Shown here: piece after piece, positions 17,400-27,123 of the stretch
Layout of the letters: every line of letters begins with the position of its first letter
Numbering within the stretch: position 1 is the first letter of the stretch
Source: an uncultured Bacillota bacterium
GTDB lineage: Bacteria; Bacillota; DTU025; MWDF01
Reading direction: 5' to 3'
NCBI GenBank assembly: GCA_963823655.1
Contig: CAWGMK010000010.1
Span: 320,001-384,000, forward strand
DNA: 64,000 bases
Made by a program: the position numbers and the translations under genes
Notes under the pieces: model-generated
The model's input: only the letters and a program-made list of their open reading frames with translations
What the model was told of the DNA's origin: nothing
Databases searched by the model: none

Positions 17400-19109
17400 A
17401 TGAAGCTTTCGGGCATCCCGTCATCTCCGGGCATAGCTGGGGGGATAATTCGCAGGATGGAAGCGGCCGGCGCGAGGGGGCTGGCAGCGGACTTTGCGAG
17501 CTCGCAGCCTTTGAGCTGGGATGAAGCTGTAGACGCAGCCAAGGGAGTGCTTGAACAGGCGCGAAAGAAAGCGCTTGATTCTGTAGGCGCCGAGGCTGCG
17601 GCAATCTTCGAAGCCCAGATGATGATAGCGGAGGATCCGAGCCTGAAAGATGCCGCAATGGAGCTTTCCGGCGGCAAGCCGGGGGCGAAGGCTGCGATCG
17701 ATGCCGCGGAATCCCTGGCGAAGATGTTCGACGCGATTGAAGATGAGTACATTAGGGCGAGGGGGGCCGACATACGCCATGTCGGCGCGCTAATAGCCAA
17801 GGCCTTTTCGGGAGAGGGCGAAGACAAGCAGGAGGCCAAAGACGGCGCTATATCCTCTTCTAGCGGCTCCAAGGGCATGGTAATTGCAGCATACGATCTG
17901 TCGCCTTCAGAGACAGTCTTCCTGGATGAGAAAAGCGTATCCGGCATCGCTCTTGAGGGCGGGACCGTTAATTCCCATGTATCGATTCTGGCGCAGGCTA
18001 TGGGCATACCGTGCGTAGTCGGCATAAAAGGTTTAATGCAAGCAGCGGTCCAAGGAGATGCCTGCTTTCTTGACGCGGTTGAAGGCTTTTTCCTTACCGG
18101 ACCTGACATCCCGGCAGGAAGCCAGAGCAGCACCCGTCCCGCAGGAGATGTGGCGCAATTTACTAAACATCTCGTTAGCAAGGATGGGTACAACATAGGC
18201 CTTGCCCTTAACATCGGGAACATTGAGGAGCTCAGGAAACTGGCGAGAATTGACCTGTTAAACACCAATATCGGGCTTATGAGGACCGAATTCATCTTCA
18301 TGGGCGCAAAGCAGCTTCCTGGCTACAAGGCGCAAAGCATCATTTACAAGCAGATCATGGAGGCTGCACATTTCGGAATGGTCAGATTCAGGACCTTGGA
18401 CATTGGCGGGGATAAAAAGCCTTCGTTTGTGGAGTTCGCCCATGAGGATAACCCTTACCTCGGTCTCAGGTCCATAAGGCATTCGCTTAAGAATGAAGCC
18501 ATGTTCAAAGAGCAGTTGAAAGCGCTTGTAGAGGCAAGCGAGGGGCATGCCATTGAAGTGATGTTCCCGATGGTGAGCACCATTGAGGAGCTGAGGCGCG
18601 CAAAGGGCCTTCTTGCGGATGCGATAGCCGAAAACGGCAAGGCTAATAGATTTTCGGTCAGCTCGGGCATCATGCTGGAAGTCCCCTCGGCCTGCATTAT
18701 GGCCGACGCCTTCGCAAAAGAGTGCGACTTCCTCAGCATCGGCACGAACGACCTTGTGCAGTACACCATGGCCACTGACAGAGGCAATCCTGAAGTTTCA
18801 GAGCTTTACCAGCAGTTCAACCCTGCGATTTTCAGATTGATCAACTCCTGCGTACTCGCATGCGAAGTGGCGGGGAAGGAGCTTTCTGTCTGCGGGGAGC
18901 TTGCCGGAAGCCCTGAAGGCGCCGTCATACTTGCAGGCCTGGGCGTAAAGAAGCTCAGCATGTCGCCAAGGAACACCATGCGAGTGGCCAAGGCCCTTTC
19001 GCGATTTAGCGTGCATGAGATGCGTATGCTGGCGATGGAAGTGCTTAACGCCTCTTCGCAGCAGGAAGTTCTGGACATGACGGAAGAGATCAGGGCTGGA
19101 GTGAAATAG
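17400..19109 (+). CDS. ptsI: PEP-protein phosphotransferase (Enzyme I)
   Basis: GGTVNSH, GLMRTEF, RTLDIGGDK, SIGTNDLVQY and CGELAG. Confidence 0.95.
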   Translation: MKLSGIPSSPGIAGGIIRRMEAAGARGLAADFASSQPLSWDEAVDAAKGVLEQARKKALDSVGAEAAAIFEAQMMIAEDPSLKDAAMELSGGKPGAKAAIDAAESLAKMFDAIEDEYIRARGADIRHVGALIAKAFSGEGEDKQEAKDGAISSSSGSKGMVIAAYDLSPSETVFLDEKSVSGIALEGGTVNSHVSILAQAMGIPCVVGIKGLMQAAVQGDACFLDAVEGFFLTGPDIPAGSQSSTRPAGDVAQFTKHLVSKDGYNIGLALNIGNIEELRKLARIDLLNTNIGLMRTEFIFMGAKQLPGYKAQSIIYKQIMEAAHFGMVRFRTLDIGGDKKPSFVEFAHEDNPYLGLRSIRHSLKNEAMFKEQLKALVEASEGHAIEVMFPMVSTIEELRRAKGLLADAIAENGKANRFSVSSGIMLEVPSACIMADAFAKECDFLSIGTNDLVQYTMATDRGNPEVSELYQQFNPAIFRLINSCVLACEVAGKELSVCGELAGSPEGAVILAGLGVKKLSMSPRNTMRVAKALSRFSVHEMRMLAMEVLNASSQQEVLDMTEEIRAGVK

Positions 19110-19180
19110 CCGGTTCGGATCTGCCCGAAAAGCTTATGCAGAAAAAATAAAGTACTAAAAAATATACGAGCATATGCAGC

Positions 19181-19216
19181 AGAAAGGAGCTTCCCGCAAG
19201 GGGGGCTCCTTTCTTT
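19181..19216 (+). terminator. Intrinsic terminator closing the dha/liv operon
   Basis: agaaaggagcttccc-gcaa-ggggggctcctttct followed by tt. Confidence 0.8.
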
Positions 19217-19279
19217 CGGGTGTATAATATTCATGGTCGGGGGCGTCAGCCTCCGGCGAAAACAAGAGGAGGGGAATAC

Positions 19280-20947
19280 ATGAAAAAGAGCTTCTTTTCA
19301 GGCATGATGGCAGTAATGCTAATTGCCGCCTTCGCAATAGGCGCAATGGCATGCACATCAATTCCCGTATCCAAGGGCGCATCGGCCGGCGGCTACGTGA
19401 TGACCACATGGACAGATGACTCGGGCACCGATAACATGAGAATAAACGTCGTACCGGCTAAGGACTGGCCGGCAGGTTCGATGAGGACCGTCCTTAGAAA
19501 CACAGACTACGGTCAGTTCGCACAGATTGCAACCCCGATATTCTCACCTGGTGAGATGCCACAGGTTCCCCATACCTACCAGTATATCAACGCATCTTAC
19601 TCCTTCATGAACGAGAACGGAGTGGGCATGGGCGAAACCACAATAGGCGGAGAATCAAGGATGAGGAACAGCAAGGGCTGGTTCGACATCGTCGAGCTGC
19701 AAAGGATTGCGCTTGAGCGCTCCAAGACAGCACGCGAGGCCGTCATGATCATGGGTTCTCTCGCTGAGAAGTACGGCTACGGAATCGGCGGCGAATGCCT
19801 TACGGTAGTCGACAAGGACGAAGTATGGCAGTTCGAAGTCTTCGGACCCGGCCCCCTGTGGGAGTACGGCTCCGGCGAGCCCGGCGCAGTCTGGGCAGCA
19901 GCAAGGATACCCGAAGGCTACGTCGGCGTATCGGCCAACAGGAGCAGGATCGGCGAGGTCAACCCCGCCGACACAGCGAATTACCTCTGCTCCGCGCACA
20001 TTTTCTCTCTCGCAGAGTCGATGGGCCTCTGGGATCCTAAGTCCGGCAAGCCCTTCAAAGTGTTCGAGACCTACGGCAAGAAGGCCTATTCACCTTACAA
20101 CGCGCGCCGCGAGTGGAGGGTATTCAGCCTCCTGGCGCCTTCCATGAAACTAGATCCGTGGCTTGAGCAGTACCCGTTCGCAATCAAGCCCGACAAGCCG
20201 GTCACACCGCAGATGCTCATGGCCATCTGCCGCGACCACTATGAAGGCACAGAGTTCGACCTCACCACTGGGCTCCAGGCAGGCGCATTCGGCACCCCCG
20301 ACAGGTGGCCTACCCCTTCCAGCTCCAACCCCAAGAACAGCGTAGGCTGGGAGCGCGCGATATCCATGTTCAGAACCAATTTCTCTGTCGTATTCCAGAT
20401 GAGGGCCGACATGCCGGCAGCAATCGGCGGCCTGGTATGGTTCGGTTATGACAAGCCCGGCACAACATGCTATATCCCGATCTACGCCGGTGCCAAGTCC
20501 CTGCCCGAATCGTTTGCGAAGGGCATGAGAGGCGCCAATTACGACGTATTCAGCCGCGAATCGGCATGGTGGGCGTTCAACTTCGTCTCCAACTACGCCA
20601 ACCTGAAATACAACGTAATGATAAACGACATCAAGGCCGTCAGCGGCCCGTTCGAGGACGAGTTCTTCAAGCTTCAACCCTACATAGAGAAGGCAGCAAC
20701 CGACCTCTATGCCAAGGACCCTGAGCTTGCGAAGGAGTTCATAACCCAGTACACCAACTCTGCGGCCAACAAAGTCGTAGCCGCCTACTGGAAACTGGCA
20801 TCCACGCTGGCCGGCAGGTACACAGACGGATACACCTACGGCTATGGCGACGGCAAGCTGGTACAGAACGGCTACCCGAAGGAGTGGCTGGATGCAGTGG
20901 GCTTCGGAATCAGCACAATAAAGCCCGAGCTCAGGACCACGAAGTAA
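19280..20947 (+). CDS. Exported C69-family dipeptidase (Ntn hydrolase)
   Basis: Signal peptide ending AMA then CTSI (N-terminal Cys nucleophile); MNENGVGMGETT, SANRSRI and RDHYEGTEFDLT. Confidence 0.9.
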   Translation: MKKSFFSGMMAVMLIAAFAIGAMACTSIPVSKGASAGGYVMTTWTDDSGTDNMRINVVPAKDWPAGSMRTVLRNTDYGQFAQIATPIFSPGEMPQVPHTYQYINASYSFMNENGVGMGETTIGGESRMRNSKGWFDIVELQRIALERSKTAREAVMIMGSLAEKYGYGIGGECLTVVDKDEVWQFEVFGPGPLWEYGSGEPGAVWAAARIPEGYVGVSANRSRIGEVNPADTANYLCSAHIFSLAESMGLWDPKSGKPFKVFETYGKKAYSPYNARREWRVFSLLAPSMKLDPWLEQYPFAIKPDKPVTPQMLMAICRDHYEGTEFDLTTGLQAGAFGTPDRWPTPSSSNPKNSVGWERAISMFRTNFSVVFQMRADMPAAIGGLVWFGYDKPGTTCYIPIYAGAKSLPESFAKGMRGANYDVFSRESAWWAFNFVSNYANLKYNVMINDIKAVSGPFEDEFFKLQPYIEKAATDLYAKDPELAKEFITQYTNSAANKVVAAYWKLASTLAGRYTDGYTYGYGDGKLVQNGYPKEWLDAVGFGISTIKPELRTTK

Positions 20948-21105
20948 GCAAAAATCGACATAAGGTCAAATAGGAAGTGCCTCGGCGACAGCCGGGGCGC
21001 TTCTCATTATCAGGGTGCTTCTCACTATCGTGGACTTCCCGTTTATCGACAGCAAACTCCGCTTGAAGTATCATTGAAATACCGGCGATGAGCGGAGGGA
21101 TTGCA

Positions 21106-22101
21106 TTGAGAAGGATTGCGGTGCTGACAAGCGGCGGCGACGCCCCCGGCATGAACGCGGCGGTCAGGGCGGTCACGAGGAAGGCGATAGGCCTAGGCGC
21201 AGAAGTCGTTGGTGTGCAAAGAGGCTACCAGGGCCTTATAAACGGCGACTTCATCGAACTCAAGTCGAGGTCTGTGGGAGACATCCTTCAAAGGGGCGGC
21301 ACGATGATCAAGACCGCAAGGTCTGAAGAATTCAGGACCCCCGAAGGGCGCACCAAGGCCATGCTCATGATGAAAAGCTACCAGATAGAGGGCTTGGTGG
21401 GAATAGGCGGCGACGGCACCTACAGGGGCCTTGCAGAGCTCGTGAAATTGGGCTTTCCGGTAATCGGCGTGCCCGGCACCATAGACAACGATATAGCGTC
21501 CACTGATTATACGATAGGCTTCGATACAGCCTGCAATACAGTGATAGATGCTATCAATAAGATAAGGGATACGGCGTCCTCCCACGACAGGACCTTCGTC
21601 ATTGAAGTCATGGGCATGCGATGCGGCGATATCGCGCTTCATACGGGGCTCGCAGGCGGCGCTGAGGAGATTATTATACCCGAGATACCCTATGACATCG
21701 AAAAGGCTTGCGCAAGGATTGAAGACGGCGTTAAAAGGGGCAAGGGGCACAGTATCATAGTCGTGGCCGAGGGCATCATCGACAAAGCGGCTGATTCAAT
21801 GGCTGCGACGCACGGCAGCGCCTACTACATCGCAGACCAGATCAGGAAGAGGACCGGCATGGAATTCAGGGTGATCGTCCTGGGTCACGTTCAAAGGGGA
21901 GGCTCTCCTACTGTAAGGGACAGGGTGCTTGCCACAAGGCTGGGAGCCAAGGCGGCCGAGCTTCTGATTTCGGGCGTGCGCGATGCGGCGGTGGGGATAA
22001 AAGACGACGTAATCGTGCATTACCCGCTGCTTGAAGCGCTTGCTATGGAGAAGCACGTGAACATGGACTTATATGGGCTGGTCAACGAGATGTCCATATA
22101 G
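21106..22101 (+). CDS. pfkA: 6-phosphofructokinase (ATP-dependent)
   Basis: TSGGDAPGMN, GGDG, PGTIDND and LGHVQRGG. Confidence 0.96.
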   Translation: MRRIAVLTSGGDAPGMNAAVRAVTRKAIGLGAEVVGVQRGYQGLINGDFIELKSRSVGDILQRGGTMIKTARSEEFRTPEGRTKAMLMMKSYQIEGLVGIGGDGTYRGLAELVKLGFPVIGVPGTIDNDIASTDYTIGFDTACNTVIDAINKIRDTASSHDRTFVIEVMGMRCGDIALHTGLAGGAEEIIIPEIPYDIEKACARIEDGVKRGKGHSIIVVAEGIIDKAADSMAATHGSAYYIADQIRKRTGMEFRVIVLGHVQRGGSPTVRDRVLATRLGAKAAELLISGVRDAAVGIKDDVIVHYPLLEALAMEKHVNMDLYGLVNEMSI

Positions 22102-22124
22102 TAAAGGCTCCAAACAATATTCTA

Positions 22125-22165
22125 AAAAAAGCGCTGCTTTGGCATCTGGCCAAGACAGCGCTTTT
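22125..22165. terminator. Bidirectional terminator between pfkA and msrAB
   Basis: aaaaaaagcgctg...cagcgcttttg hairpin between convergent genes. Confidence 0.75.
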
Positions 22166-22202
22166 GTCGCCTCTATATACCTGGCAACAAGAAACAATTA
22201 CT

Positions 22203-23312
22203 TTATTCTAACCAATGAATGATTGCCCCATATCCTTGGGCCTGCATCTCGGCTTTCGGAACGAACCTCAGCGCTGCGGAATTTATGCAGTAACGCAGGC
22301 CGCCGTACTCGGCTGGTCCGTCATCGAACACGTGACCTAGATGGGAGTCCCCGCTGCGGCTTCTTACTTCCGTCCTTGTGTAACCCAGGCTCTTGTCGAC
22401 GACATAAGTCAGCACATAGTCGACGATTGGCTTCGTGAAGCTGGGCCAGCCGCTGCCGGATTTGAACTTGTCCTTGGATGAGAACAGGGGCTCGCCTGTG
22501 ACGATATCCACATAGATGCCGGGCTCGTAGTTCTGGTCATAGATGTTGAAGTAGCAGGCCTCAGTTGCCTCAAGCTGCGTTACTCTGTATTGCTCATCGG
22601 TCAGCATCCGCTTGATCTCCTCATCGCTTGGCTTCGGATAGTCGCTGACCCTTAACACCGGTTCACCCGCAAGCGAGAGGTTTATATGGCAGTAGCCGCT
22701 CGGGTTCTTGTCCAGATAATCCTGGTGGTAGTCTTCAGCGTTGTAGAACTTCGTCAGCGGCTCTACCTCAACGGCCAGGGGCTCGCTGTAAGCCCGCTGC
22801 ACCTGGCTCATCCTGTTTTGAATTACGGGAAGGTCGGCCGCGTCCTTGTAATATATGCCGGAGCGGTATTGGACGCCCACGTCATTGCCCTGCTTGTTGA
22901 GGCTTACCGGGTCGATAATCCTGAAGAAGTAGATTAGCACTTCGTCAAGGGAGATGCGGCTTGTGTCGTATCTGACCATAACCGCCTCCGCGTGCCCTGA
23001 ATTCCTGTATATTAGATCCTCGTATGATGGGTTCTCGGTGCTCCCGTTCGCATAGCCGGAGACGGATTCCACCACGCCGTCTATGCGCCCCATGTAAGCC
23101 TCTACACCCCAGAAACATCCTCCGGCGAGGTATATCTCCTTAATGCCGGTGGGCGTTGTCCCCGCTTGTATATTGCCTGACACGGGTACCGTCTGAGGCG
23201 GTGCCGACGCAATTTCATTATCCCCGCAGGAGCTCAAAAGATATGCGCCTGCCAGTATGGATGCCACAGCCACAACGATGATAATCACCCGCTTTTTGCT
23301 AAAATTTTTCAT
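22203..23312 (-). CDS. msrAB: Bifunctional methionine sulfoxide reductase MsrA/MsrB, probable lipoprotein
   Basis: [27 protein letters not shown] and RYCINS; signal peptide with LLSSC lipobox. Confidence 0.93.
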   Translation of the reverse strand: MKNFSKKRVIIIVVAVASILAGAYLLSSCGDNEIASAPPQTVPVSGNIQAGTTPTGIKEIYLAGGCFWGVEAYMGRIDGVVESVSGYANGSTENPSYEDLIYRNSGHAEAVMVRYDTSRISLDEVLIYFFRIIDPVSLNKQGNDVGVQYRSGIYYKDAADLPVIQNRMSQVQRAYSEPLAVEVEPLTKFYNAEDYHQDYLDKNPSGYCHINLSLAGEPVLRVSDYPKPSDEEIKRMLTDEQYRVTQLEATEACYFNIYDQNYEPGIYVDIVTGEPLFSSKDKFKSGSGWPSFTKPIVDYVLTYVVDKSLGYTRTEVRSRSGDSHLGHVFDDGPAEYGGLRYCINSAALRFVPKAEMQAQGYGAIIHWLE

Positions 23313-23547
23313 TTGACCACTCATTTCGATTAGATTTATCCACGTACTAATATATACGAATCCTGCATAAAATCGTTCTATCCCAGAGTCCATCGGAGCC
23401 CTGTGCGGATGGCTGTTTCGAGCCTCGAACAAACGGGATAAGCAGAAGGAGCATCTTGCATCGGCTAGCTTGCCGTTTAGCCCCTCCGAATGAAAACATC
23501 CCCGGACCTAACGATCCGGGGATGTGCATTGATATCGGGTTTTGGCT

Positions 23548-24586
23548 CTATTTAACGAAAAGGCATGCCACCCTGTGGCCCGGGGTGATCTCGATCAACT
23601 CCGGCTCTGTCACATCGCACTGCCCTTTTGCGAACTTCGGGCAGCGGGGGTGCAGCCTGCAGCCTGAGGGCGGATTAATCGGGTTGGGTACCTCTCCCTT
23701 GAGGACCTGCCCCAGCTGCCTGTTGTTCGGATCCGGCACGAATACCGCCTTTATTAGCGCCTGGGTGTAAGGGTGCAGGGGGTTCTTGACGACGTCGTCT
23801 GCGCTTCCCTCCTCGACTATCCTTCCCAGGTACATGACTGCTATCCTGTCGCAGATATGCCTTGCGGTGGCAAGGTCGTGAGTGATGTATACGAAGGTTA
23901 CGCCCTTGTCCTTCGCCAGGTTCTGCATCAGATTCTAGGACTTCTCCTCTAATGGACACGTCCAGCATCGATACAGGCTCGTCAGCTACTATGAATGAGG
24001 GATCCAGCGCAAGGGCTCGCGCAACCGCGATCCTCTGCCTTTGCCCGCCTGACAGCTCGTGAGGATACCTTCCGATATACTCCTCGACCGGCGTCATCTC
24101 GACGTCCTCTAGCACCTGCTCCACCCTCGGCAATGCCGCTTCGACGTCCTTTGCCACCCTTTGTATCCTCAACGGTTCGGATACCACGCTGCAGACGGGA
24201 AGCCTCGGGTTCATCGATTCATAAGGGTCCTGGAAGACCATCTGCATGTGTCGCCTGAGCACCTTGGTCTCGGCATGGGGCAGCTTCGCTATGTCCGTGC
24301 CCTCGAACCACATCTCGCCGTGTGTGGGCTCGGTAAGCTTAAGAAGGGTCCTCGCCAATGTGGTCTTGCCGCAGCCGGATTCGCCGACTATGCCATAGAT
24401 CTCGCCCTTCCTTACGCTAAAGGAAACGCCGTCCACGGCCTTTAAAACAGGCTGTGTGCCTCCTTTAAGAGATGCCAGCAGGCCTCTTCTTACGGGGAAG
24501 TGCTTCTTCAGATTCTCTATATCAAGTATGACCTCTCCGACTTTGACATTCGGATTCGCGGTCACCTTGTCAGCAACTATTGCCAT
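23548..24586 (-). CDS. oppF: Oligopeptide ABC ATPase (OppF-like); frameshift near 23935
   Basis: GESGCGKTT, LSGGQRQR, ITHDL, HPYT and GCRLHPRC. Confidence 0.9.
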
Positions 24587-25566
24587 ATGTCCACCCCCTC
24601 GGAGATCTCCCTTTCCCTGTGGCATGCGACCTTCTGTCCGCTGACTACCGACTTCAACAGAAGAGGCTCCTCGGAGCAGCACTTTTCATTGGCCATGGGA
24701 CAACGGGGATTGAAGCGGCAGCCCTTGGGCGGCGAGAGAAGATTCGGAGGCGAACCTGGTATCGAACGGACCTTCTGCTTCTCGGCTGCGATGTTGGGGA
24801 ATGCCTTGACCAGGCCCATCGTATATGGATGCCTGGGCCTCAGGTAAATGTCCTTGGCCGAGCCGTACTCGACTATCTTGCCGCCGTACATTATGGCCAC
24901 ATCGTCGCAGGTCTGAGCGATTACGGCCAGGTCATGGGTGATGAGTATCATACCCAGGCCCATCTTCTTGCGCAGATCCTCCATCGCTGTGAGCACTTGC
25001 GCCTGGACCATTACGTCCAGAGCGGTAGTCGGCTCATCCGCGATGATTATGTCCGGGTTGCATGCCATGGCCATTGCGATGACGACCCTCTGCTTCATGC
25101 CTCCTGAGAACTCATGCGGGTACTCATTGTGGCGCTTGGGGTTGATGCCCACCATATCCAGAAGCTTAAGCATCCTGTCCTTGGCTTCGGCCTTCGTGAC
25201 GTTCTCATGGGCGAGCATCGCCTCTGTTATCTGGTCGCCTACCCTGTGGACGGGGTTTAGGGCGTTCATCGCCCCCTGGAATACCATGGACATCCTCTTC
25301 CAGCGGACTTCCTTGCGGAAATCCTCCTCGGAGAGGTCGATGATCTCCTTGCCGCCCATCTTGACCGAGCCGCCCATGATCTTGCCGTTTGCGGGCAGGA
25401 GCCTGAGCACTGCCGTGGCCATCGACGATTTGCCGCATCCTGACTCGCCGGCAAGGCCCAGCGCCTTGCCCTTGTCCAGGTCGAAGCTGACGCCGTCGAC
25501 GGCTTTGACATAGCCTCTCATGGTCTTATAGTACATAGTCAAATCCCTGACTTCTAACATAGCCAT
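24577..25566 (-). CDS. oppD: Oligopeptide ABC ATPase (OppD-like)
   Basis: GESGCGKS, FSGGMKQR, DEPTTALD and GCRFNPRC. Confidence 0.93.
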   Translation of the reverse strand: MAMLEVRDLTMYYKTMRGYVKAVDGVSFDLDKGKALGLAGESGCGKSSMATAVLRLLPANGKIMGGSVKMGGKEIIDLSEEDFRKEVRWKRMSMVFQGAMNALNPVHRVGDQITEAMLAHENVTKAEAKDRMLKLLDMVGINPKRHNEYPHEFSGGMKQRVVIAMAMACNPDIIIADEPTTALDVMVQAQVLTAMEDLRKKMGLGMILITHDLAVIAQTCDDVAIMYGGKIVEYGSAKDIYLRPRHPYTMGLVKAFPNIAAEKQKVRSIPGSPPNLLSPPKGCRFNPRCPMANEKCCSEEPLLLKSVVSGQKVACHREREISEGVDIWQ

Positions 25567-25569
25567 GGC

Positions 25570-27123
25570 TTAAGACCTCTCTCTGTAACGGGGATTTCAG
25601 AATCTCGTTTATCGTGTTGCCTATGAACACGAAAGCGAGGCTTAGGAAAGTAAGGGCCAGTCCGGGAGGCAGCAGCCACCACCAGGCCATTACAGTGAAA
25701 GCTCCGAACCCTCTTGCATTTTGCAGCATGCGTCCCCATGTGGGCACACGCGGATCGCCCAGCCCCAGGAAGCTCAATGATGCTTCCGTAAGGATCGCGC
25801 TCGGGATCCTCAGGACCAGCGACGAGAATACCAGCGGCATAACGTTTGGCAGGATGTGGGTGACCATTACATAGCCATCCGATCCGCCGGACGCTTTTGC
25901 GGCCTCGACGAAAGACCTCTCCTTAAGAGTAAGAGTCTGCGAGCGTACCAGCCTTGCCGTTCCCATCCATGAGAACAGGGCGACAAGTATGACCACGTTC
26001 CAGACGCTAGTCCCAAGAAGGGCCGAAAGGACGATCAATACCGGCAGGCTGGGTATGGCAAGGAGGACATCTACGAAACGCATCAGCACTTCGTCGACCG
26101 CGCCTCCTATATAGCCTGCGATTATGCCCACCGTAGTGCCCAGGAAGACGGAGATGAATGCGGCGGTAAGCCCTATCATAAGGGATATCCTGGCCCCGTA
26201 TATCAGCTGTGACCAAAGGTCGGAGCCCATATGGTCGGTGCCGAGCACTCCGAAGACGAGGCCCGGTATCTTAACATTCATTGCCGACAGGTAGATCTGC
26301 GCGCCTGTTGCCGAATCCGTCTTCGCGATCAGCTTTATGGTGTAATCGCCGGCCTCGGTGAATATCAGCTTGGCGGGGTCTCCGAAGAAGTCCATGCCCA
26401 GCCTCATCTTCACAGGCACGTCCCTGCCGTCCACCGTCGTGTAGGAAAGGGGCCACTCGCCGTAAGAATCGGCGCCCCATACATCGTATTCCTTTCCGGA
26501 GGGCGATACGATCAGAAGCTTCATTCCGGTCATCGATTCAGGCGTGACGCCCTCTATCGCGTAATCGAAAGTGATGTTGAACGTATTCGGTGGATCATAG
26601 CTGTAAGGGAACTTGAATTCTGCGGCGAAAGTCGAACCTGACAGCTGTGCTGGTGCCGGCAAGCTCCGCTATTTGCTCGTCCGTGTATTCCGGGTAAAGC
26701 TCCTTCAGAAGCGCTATCATCGGGTCTTCCGAAGCTGCGGCGCTTGCCGGAGGGAAGCTCTATCTTGACGAACTCATCATCATCGTATGTGGTGGGCGAC
26801 AGAGGGTAATCCAGGCCCTCTGTTACGGTCCAGCCATCAACTCCGACCGCCTTTTCTATCGTCGGCGGCGCGTTCTTATACTTGGCTGACAGGCCTCTCA
26901 TCCATGACGGAGCGGCGAGGTTGTCCGCAAGGAACAGGTCCTTGGTGGGATCGTAGTTGGTGATCAGCGGCGCAGCAAGGGCGCCAAGGACATATATGAC
27001 CACGATTGCCAGGCCTATCATGCCCAACGGCTTGCGCCTGTACTGCTGCCAGAAGGTTACCTTCTTTATCTTCAGGGGAGCTTCCTGGATCGGGCAGGAA
27101 GCGTCCTTCTTCTCTTCGCTCAC
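25570..27123 (-). CDS. oppC: Oligopeptide ABC permease (OppC-like) with a large extracytoplasmic insertion; frameshifts near 26745, 26640 and 25597
   Basis: OppC N-terminal helix, LGTDHMGSD, EAAKASGG and LSFLGLG; corrected end ILNPRYRERS*. Confidence 0.85.
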
